Assembly (NCBI RefSeq): GCF_009914755.1
Contig: NC_060936.1
Origin: the human T2T-CHM13v2.0 reference genome, Homo sapiens
Direction: 5' to 3' (one strand)
DNA length: 64,000 nucleotides
A program made the translations under genes and the position numbers. The notes under the pieces are model-generated. The model was not told the origin of the DNA. It did not search any database and saw nothing but the letters and a program-made list of their open reading frames with translations. Of the stretch, positions 55,566 through 64,000 are shown piece by piece; the stretch's first letter is position 1, and each line of letters starts with the position of its first letter.

Positions 55566-56835
55566 TTAGGTTGGTGCAAAAGTAATTGCAGTTTTAGACC
55601 AAGAATTTTAAATCATTATAATTAGGCTCAAACACATCTTTATTCATCAAAATAGGAACAATTACAATCAACACATTTTTGCCAATGAGAAATAAGCTTG
55701 TTTATTTCTGTATCATAAAAATCTGTGCTTTGGGATTTGATGATCTCTTGGAAAGCAATTTCTGCATCCTGCTGGTTATGGAAGCATTTTCCCTGCAAAA
55801 AGTTGTCAAGGTGCTTGAAGAAGTGGTAGTCAGTTGGCGAGAGGTCAGGTGAATACGGCAGATGAGGCAAAACTTCATAAGCTAATTTATTCAATTTTTG
55901 AAGCATTAGCTGTGTGACATGCCATCAGGCATTGTTATGGAGAAAAATTGGGCCCTTTCTGCTGACCAATGCTGGCTGCCAGTATTGAAGTTTTTGGTGC
56001 ATCTCATTGATTTGCTGAGCATACTTTTCAGATGTAACGGTTTTGCTGGGATTCAGAAAGCCGTAGTGGATCAGAGTGGCAGCAGACCACCAAACAGTGA
56101 CCATGACCATTTTTTGGTGCAAGTTTGGCTTTGTGAAGTGCTTGCTTTGGAGCTTCTTCTCCATCCAACCGCTGAGCTGGGCATTGTCGGATATCCTATA
56201 AAATCCACTTTTCATCTCAAATCACAATGCGATCAAGAAATGGTTCATTGTTGTTGCATAGAATAAGAGAAGACAACACTTCAAAATGAAAATTAAAAAA
56301 AAAAGTTTTGCTCAGCTCATGAGGCACCCACTTATTGAGATTTTTCACCCTTCCAATTTGCTTCAAATGCTGAATGACCATAGAATGGTCAAGGTTGAGT
56401 TCTTCAGCAACTCCTCACGTAGTTGTAAGAGGATCAGCTTCGATAATTGCTCTCAATTGGCCGTTGTCAACTTCTGATGGCCAGCCACTATGCTTCTCAT
56501 CTTCAAGCCTCTCATCTCCTTTGCAAAACTTCTTGAACCACCACTGCACTGTATGTTTATTAGTAGTTCCTGGGCCAAATGCGTTGATGTTGTGAGTTGT
56601 CTTCACTGCTTTATGACCCATTTTGAAGTTGAATAAGAAAATCACTCGTTTGCTTTTTGTTAACATCATTTGCATAGTCTAAAATAAATATAAAATAAGC
56701 AAGTAATAAGTAATTAGCCAAAAAAAAGCAAGAAATGTGCATCAAAATGATGTATAACATTACCACATTTATTTAAGAATGTATTCTAATATCAAACGGC
56801 AAACTTCAACAATGCAAACACCTAGTAACCTAGTA
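55566..56835 (-). mobile_element. Hsmar1 mariner DNA transposon, near full length and inactive
   Basis: TIR ttaggttggtgcaaaagtaattgcagtttt at 55566. Translated fragments match Hsmar1 transposase: FKMGHKA...TVQWWFKKFCKGDERLEDE, KPNLHQKMVMVTVWWS and YSPDLSPTDYHFFKHLDNFL. Confidence 0.95.
55640..56675 (-). pseudogene. Hsmar1 transposase pseudogene
   Basis: Broken into several ORFs. In-frame stops flank the first catalytic motif (IVI*DEKWIL*), HDNA has become HNNA, and YSPDL is retained. Confidence 0.92.
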
Positions 56836-59800
56836 ACTCTACCAGGGCCAGCAACCACAGACTCTGGGAATCCAGCTTTCTGTAGCCCTGGATTAATCCA
56901 TCAAAATGCTTGTTTCTCTAAACCTACGATTTCCTGTGGAGTACTGGAAGGATCCCAGTGATCTCTAGAACTTGCCAAGGCTGGCAAGAATCAGGACGAG
57001 TAAAGGTGGATCTGTGTCCCAGAGTTCCATTCCATTTACAGTATCTTCTTGGATCTGTTTACATACTTCACTTGAAATAAAGTATTTTGCTAAAGAGTCC
57101 AAACAAAGGCCTTTTGAGACCCATTTACTCAGGGAAAAGAATGGGTCTACCCATTCTTCAGATGAATCTCTACAAATACTTCTTCTTTCCAAGATTTTCT
57201 AAGTGTAGAGGGACAAGGATTTGAGATCATACACCCTGAAAATACCTGGAAAGGAGTTAGTATATCTCCACTTAACAGAAGACCATTGAGTGTTAACAGT
57301 TGAGTCTAACTGGAAAATCTGGAAAGAATAAACTGTGTATGCTTGCCTCAGCTCATCCATTTTTCCCTTTTGGAGAAGCTGCCACAGGAAGTTTTCTGCT
57401 TTTCTGTGCCGTAAGTCTTATTCTAGTTACCGTTTTCCTGACTCCAATATAAGGAGCATTGCTTCTGTCTGGTGGACAAATCTGTCTCCTTCTAGGGCTC
57501 AGGCAGCAAGCTTTTTTGTCTCAAGCTAAGTGACTTCCTTCAACTTAGCTTTCACTGGTAATATGGGACAAATAGTAAAGACCCTGCATTGACATAGTAA
57601 GTGGTGAGGGGGCCAAACAATTCAGCTGTTGGATTTTCAGTCAGTTTATTGTGAGATTGATGGACTAATCAGGTACACCTGTATAGCTAGCTGGTATTTC
57701 GATTTGTCATCTAAATTTGTCCTAGCACCTGGTTATGGTGTTCCAATTTGTGATCTAAATCTATTCTGGCACTACACCATTGAGGATGACTGACTCAAGA
57801 TTTTGTGCCTGACTAGGACTTGAAGGGTAGTGGCAGCAACTTCAGGCTCTCCCAGATATTTGATATTTGTTTTGTCATACTGATACAGGGATATTGGGCC
57901 AGGAGAATACCAGGGATATGGAGACCCACCTTTCACTTCCCCATTTGTCAAGATGTGGTTGTCTGAAGTTTCCTCACCTAGCTTTGCCCTTCCCTCTGTG
58001 TCACTCATCCCCTGCAACTTGAGAGAGGGAGCTGGATGGGGGATTGCCCCTGATCCCCAATCCCGTGATTTCATAGGGCATGTTATCACAGGATTTTTGT
58101 CATAGTTCCTTTAGTGTTTTGTTTTATTTTTTCAATTTTGATCAAAACCTATGCAGTGAAAAAGAATAATGTTTACTGGACCCAGGCAAAGGTTGCTAGG
58201 AAAATGTTGATTTTGAGTGTTTATTGAAGCCAAGTGGGTTAACCTATCAAAACTTGGAGACTTGAGGATTTAAAGCTCATAATTACTTTAAAAAAATGTC
58301 CACTCTGGGTTAATTAATTAAAAGCTATGGGTTGTTGACATCTTTACTTGAGACAGAAATGGAAATTTAACTTTTCAGATGGGAGCTCCTCCTGGCACAA
58401 GGACACACAGATAAGACATCACTAATAGGAATACTGCAGTACAATGACAGATTGGGTTTCCCAAACATAAGAGCATGACAATTCCCCTTTTGTGGCCAGT
58501 CACTAAATAGTACCAAGTATCTAGCTAGCAACAAAAGGAGAGGTGTTGTTGCTTGATATCAGAGACTCTCAACTTTGGGTTACAGCACAGATATGTGTAA
58601 CCAAACGTCTACTGAAAAATTGAGATGTAATGCTAGGAAAGATGAGCACCCAACATTTTAGGCCAGAGAATGGCAAAGATGTAAAGGAGAAGAGCAGAAA
58701 TTTATTTTTGATAGGAAGGACATTATTGAAGGAAAAGCCCAGCCCCAGGACCAGGTTACTTTCCCCTATAAGCTCCAGCTTCTATGATGATAAAATCATT
58801 TCTTCAGCTGGCAAAACCAGCAAGATGTACAAGTCAAACTCCCACTATGCAGGCACAGCTTCAATCTCCACCATCTTAAATTTGCGCCTACATTCTTGGC
58901 CCTGGGAGATGCACAGGGGAAAAGGAAATTCACAGTTTGAAATACGTCAGGGTCAAATAACCTTGCTAATAGCCAATGAGATGGCTTTAAGGAACTGCTG
59001 GGAGTCATTGCCCTAAGTGACATAGTTCTTAAAAGGTTATGGACAGACCCTAAAACTTTCAACTTCTTTAAAAAATCCCATTACAAAACCATCAGTCCAT
59101 TAACTCATTTAAACCCTTTTCATTTTTCCAGCTTGTACATGACAGATTTTCTTTTCTGCCTCCTGCTGAGTTAATTTTTTTTCCTCAACTACTGAAATGA
59201 TCATGTCTACTGAAAAGAGATTGCAACTTTGAAAAATCAGTTGAATTTGAATTTGTACATTTTTATATCTTTGCAGGTCTCTTTTGTTTAAATAACTAGT
59301 TCCATATCCATGTGTATTCAATGGTCAAAATGAAAAGAACCTGAAGTTAAAATGAAGGTAAATTTATCTTGCAAAGCAAATCATTTCTCTTTCCAGACAC
59401 TCAAAATGCTTTTTTAGGAAAAATAGCACAAGATATCGTCTCATCACACAATTGAATGAGATAGTATATTTCACTGTATCTGTATATTTCAAGGTATATG
59501 AATCCAAACTACTTATGCAAACTGAAGGTCACAGCATTTCACAAGACAAAAATAATTTATAAATTTTGATTACCTTAAAATTAAAAACTTTTGGGACATG
59601 AAGAAGAAGATGAAAAGGCAGCCATAAAGTAGAATAAAATATTTGTAATATTGACCTATTTACAATATTGATACATCTAAAATATATAAAGATCTTATTT
59701 AATTCACTAGGAAAAAGAGAAAGTTAAAAAAAGGGCAAAAACAGCCTCCTCTACAAAAAGGAAATCTTAACAAATAACAAATATATTTGAAAAGATGCTC

Positions 59801-60020
59801 AAACTGACTAGTCACCAGGGAAGTGGAAGATAACACCATAATGAGACATGGCTCAATAGCTACCATATGGCTACATTAAAAACAAGCAAACAACAAAAAA
59901 GATGACAATCAAAAATAGTAAGTGTTGATGAGGCTGTGGAACAATGGGAACAAAAACACTATTCGTTGGAAAATAAGCTGTTCGATGTTATCTTGGAAAG
60001 TTGAAAGTATGTATAGCCCG

Positions 60021-60383
60021 AGTACTAGTTCGTTTTCACACTGCTAATAAAGACATACCCAAACCTGGGAAATTTATAAAGGAAAGAGTTTTAGTGGACT
60101 CACAGTTCCACATGCCTGGGGAAGACTCACAATCATGGCAGAAAGTGAAGGAAGAGAAAGTCACATCTTACATGGTGGCAGGCAAGAGAGCATGTGCAGG
60201 GGAACTCCCCTTTATAAAGCCATCAGATCTCATGAGACCTATTCACTATCATGAAAACAGCACTGGAAAAACTTGCCCCCATGATTCAATTACCTCCTGC
60301 TGGGTCCTTCTCAAGACTTGTAGGGATTATGGGAGCTACAATTCAAGATGAGATTTGGGTGGGGGCACAGCAAAACCATATTA
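60021..60383 (-). mobile_element. THE1C-like MaLR solo LTR
   Basis: Antisense THE1. Exact TSD gcccg at 60016-60020 and 60384-60388. Confidence 0.92.
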
Positions 60384-60725
60384 GCCCGTATCTCAGCAGT
60401 GCCACACCTGCTTATCTACCTGAGACACACACATGTACATATGCACCAAGAGACATTTATAGCAGTATTCATAGCAGAATTATGTATACAGCCAAAGGCA
60501 GGAAGCAGTCCAATGTCTCTATAGTACAATGGGTGAATTGGGGTATAATCATAAAATAGAATACAATGCTGACATGAAAATGAATGTGTATTACAACCAC
60601 AGGCAACAGTGTTGAATCTTAAAAATACAATGTTGAGTAAAACAAACCAGATGTTTAAAACATACATAAGAGGCATATGTAAGCGTTCAAATTAAAAAGT
60701 ATATAAAAGAAGGAGCTATAATAGT

Positions 60726-61150
60726 TCTGTGAATACTGTGGTTCCAGGATTCCCTCTTGACATCCCATGTTCCCTTCTCAGCCGCTGAGAATATTCTCTG
60801 CTGATGGTTCACACCTGAGTGACAAACTGGGAATTACTCTTGGCCACGGGGAACTTCTTCACTCAAGGCCACACCCTCTATCAGGGTTTGCCTAGTGACT
60901 AGGGTTTAGTGCCTAGTGATTGGCTGATGTGGGAATATAAAGATCCAGCACTCAACGCCAAAGGGCTAGCCCAAATCAAAGAACCTATGTGGTACTGACA
61001 CAGCCACTGATGGAACCACTGTGAACTGGCTTCTTCCTCTACTCCTCTTGCCTTCCTAATGTTCTTACAGGTATTTCTCTCAAGAATATCCCCAGTAAAT
61101 CCTCTGCCTGCAATTTCCAACTTAGAGTCTGTTTGCAGGAAGCTCTAAGC
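60726..61150 (+). mobile_element. LTR16-like ERVL LTR
   Basis: 'tcaaggccacaccctc', 'gattggctgatgtgggaatataaag' and 'cagtaaatcctctgcctgcaa...agagtctgtt'. Confidence 0.55.
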
Positions 61151-61304
61151 CAGCCTTTACTGGTTATCTTTGCAGAAAAATGAGGGAGCTATTACTGGGA
61201 AGGGACACTTTGGGGCTCCTGGAATATTGGCAATGTTCTATATTTTGAGTGGTAGTTGCATAAGTGTTATCTCTATAATACATTAATCTTTTTTGGACCT
61301 TTTC

Positions 61305-61310
<6 letters not shown>

Positions 61311-61335
<25 letters not shown>
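61311..61335. repeat. (AC)n microsatellite
   Basis: Seen directly in the sequence. Confidence 0.95.
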
Positions 61336-61377
61336 TGATTAAAAAGTGACTTTCATTCCTCACAGAGAAACTAACAA

Positions 61378-61460
61378 ACTTAATTAATTAATTAACTTAA
61401 GAGATGGGGTCTCACTGTCTCGCCCAAGCTAGAGTACAGTGGCAGAATCAGAGCTTACTA
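61378..61460 (-). mobile_element. Short Alu/FLAM 3' fragment with (TTAA)n tail
   Basis: 'agagatggggtctcactgtctcgcccaagctagagtacagtggc'. Confidence 0.75.
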
Positions 61461-61749
61461 TTTTTAATTTAAATAAAGTGTAAGTCATATTTGAAAACAG
61501 TTTCTCCTAGGTTCACTGATTTTTTCCTTCTTTTTCCACAACTACTACTCTGCTGTGATACATACGTTTCATCCAGCCAAGTGAGAATTTCATATTCACC
61601 ATCCATAATATGATGGTCTTGGAACGTTCTCTGCACTGGAGCACCTCCAGCCGATCTTCCCGGCTAGAACTGCTGCCTTACAGTGCCACTGAATGGAATC
61701 AGAGCTCTCTCACATTACAGATAGGGAAACTGAGTGCTGCTAGAGATTA

Positions 61750-62102
61750 TGTCACTGTGCCTCCAACCAGTTCTGTTTCCCTCTTGTGGAATTCTTATCT
61801 CTCCCCACCCCAAGGATGAAAAGGTAGCTCTGTGGCATGCTTTCATTAAGGAAATGCGACATGTGCCTCCTGTAAGCAGAGGTTTAAGAGTCAGTGCATG
61901 ATTTGTCATGTCCCTCTGCCATTAGAGAAGTAATATCCCAGACAGAGGTTGCTCCCTCCACCTGAGTGCAGGCAAATGGCAGAGAGCACAGCTGACCCAG
62001 ATAGAAATATAGCATGATTAACCAAAATTTTGTGTTATGAACCACTGAAAATTTAGGGTTCTTTGTTACCAAGACGTAACTCAGACTATGCTGACTGATA
62101 CA
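61750..62102 (+). mobile_element. MLT1I/J-like MaLR LTR
   Basis: 'gcagaggtttaagagtcagtgcatgatt...accactgaaaatttaggg...ctgactgataca'. Confidence 0.7.
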
Positions 62103-64000
62103 GAGCCCTAACAGGGGATCCTGATACCCAAGCACCACACAGAAATATTTGAGTAACTGCCCAGATTCTCATGCAATATGCTTTTCAGAAGCCACGTTGC
62201 CTTCTTTCCTTTGTAGTTTAAAATGCGTGCGCACACACGTGCGCGCGCACAGATGTGCTCACATTCATGGACATAATGAGCCACTGCTGATAAACAGACA
62301 TCACTTCCAAGTTAAGCTTTTCTGGATAAAAGAGAAAATAAAACCCAGAAGGAGAAAAATGTATATAATATGACAGCCATGGATTTGATCTTGCTGGAAA
62401 ACGACTCTGCTTTGAAAAACTCATTGTAGCCCCTCTGCAACCAAGCTGAGAAATTTTGATTAAACCACATTTCTTGCCCCGACACCTGAAAATTGCCAGT
62501 GACTGCTATCTAAATCCAGAGATTTTCATCTGGGCCTATCACTTAAAACAGTTCCTTGGCATATCTGATCCATCTTCTTGAAGATCCGTTGTTCTCTACC
62601 ACCACCACAACATAAAAAGGCTAAGAAAAGAGAAAGATTTTCATCACCAGTGCTTACAGGCAAGCTTAATGGAGTACAAGAGAAAGGCTCATGGGCTTCA
62701 TTTTTAACTTGCTTGAACTCCCTGTGACAGCTGGCAAAAACTTGATCAAATCAAATCTTCAGATGCTGTGACTCTACCACGTCAGGCCAGAATGGAAAAG
62801 CTTTTGTTTCAGCCGAATCCAGGCCTTATCACCTCATTCTGCCACTCACACTTCCTCAGTCCACCCACAAATCCTCCAGGATTTATTGCAGATGTAGCAA
62901 GCTTGCTGGAAATAATGGTACAAGCAAAGAGGCTAGTCGGCTATCGACTCCAAGCTCTGGGTAATACCAATGGGAAATTATTTGCACAAAAGGTGCGCTG
63001 GGGTGACAAATGAAGAGGGGCTGGCCCATTGAAGATGCTGGGACTTAGACAAAGCTAACACACTAATACCAAGCCACTAGCTTTATCTGATTACTTCTGG
63101 GGCTGATGGCTCCCCACACGGCCCCCCTTTAGATCTCCCCACCCACCCACACTCTTGCGTAAAAGACACAGGTTGCTTTCTTTGGTGTGCAGTGTACCGT
63201 GAAATGGTAATCTAGAGAATTACTACATTTATATAAACCACAAAGTTTTGAGCCCCACAAAAACAATTTTCAGATCGACAATAAATTGTTTTTACACTGT
63301 TGACTAAAGAAAAATGTAACAGAGGAAGCGTTACATTATGACAAAGGGAATTAAGACTGATTTTTGCCCAGAAAGAGCAATTTTTTGGCATTATCTTAGA
63401 AAAATTTTTCTTGGACTCTGGTCAGACTTGATTTAGAAAAACATGCAGAACAATAGCAATTCCATTCTTCACCCATATTTTTGTAAAAGAAAATGTGTTA
63501 TTATTTCCCCCACTTTAATCTTTGAGTAGGCTTGTGTTTTAGGGTAACTTCTTGCATTCATTTTTGTTATTTTTGCTCAGTTTGCTCTCACTCTAAGCAG
63601 GTGCAATGCTAAATTCTGTGTGATGTAAAATGAGCTTAGTGTTCCTCATTATAAAAGCCCTCAGCTCTTAAAGTGAGAAAGACTTATCCTCATGAACAGT
63701 TTCTTCCTTTTTCTAATCTCCTCATTTTCACAGAAACAAAGTCGAATTCTTTTTTATCAGTGTCCTGATTAACTCTTAATGTCTTAAACCAATTTCATCA
63801 AAAAACTTCCCTTCACAGTGCTTCTCCTCAAGTTTGGTAAAAGCACAGTAGAATGAATAAACAATCAAATTTGAGCATCATTAATGCAACTCCAATGTGG
63901 TTTGGGAGTGAGGTGTTACCAGCAGAACACGAATATCAATTTCAGAAAAAAAAAGAAAATTTTTCTTCAGAATGTACTCTTAACATCTGTATTTATATAA

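Larger units (their letters stand above)
59500..61310 (+). mobile_element. Old L1ME-like 3' remnant interrupted by THE1 and LTR16-like elements
   Basis: 'gaaaagatgctcaaactgactagtcaccaggg', 'tatgcaccaagagacat' and 'ggaatattggcaatgttctatattt'. Confidence 0.65.

Noticed and set aside
55566-55595. miR-548/MADE1 hairpin
   Set aside because: A single TIR with no adjacent inverted partner.
55640-56675. SETMAR gene or an active transposase
   Set aside because: No SET-domain exons. The frame has multiple stops and frameshifts, the second catalytic Asp is lost, and a TIR flanks it. This is a dead Hsmar1 copy.

Overview
Anthropoid primate (most likely human) AT-rich, repeat-dense non-coding DNA, either intronic or intergenic. 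I cannot support any intact protein-coding gene, RNA gene or CRISPR array. The supplied ORFs are chance frames or decayed frames within Alu, L1, MaLR, mariner and microsatellite sequence. The window holds 9 near-complete Alus plus one fragment, MaLR/ERV solo LTRs (several with exact 5-bp TSDs), many MIR/L2 relics, a near-full-length L1MB with four younger insertions nested in it, and a near-full-length dead Hsmar1 mariner. I found no convincing new biological system. The best leads are: (1) an L1PA insertion carrying a polyadenylated 3' transduction of an ERV LTR, all inside one TSD; (2) a CpG-retaining unique island at about 32.5-33.5 kb with a minus-strand exon/intron/exon splice pattern; (3) an ancient ~270-bp local duplication inserted into an L2; (4) a 27-bp TSD; and (5) a closely spaced inverted Alu pair. 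Repeat subfamily names come from remembered consensus sequences. Boundaries without a TSD are approximate.
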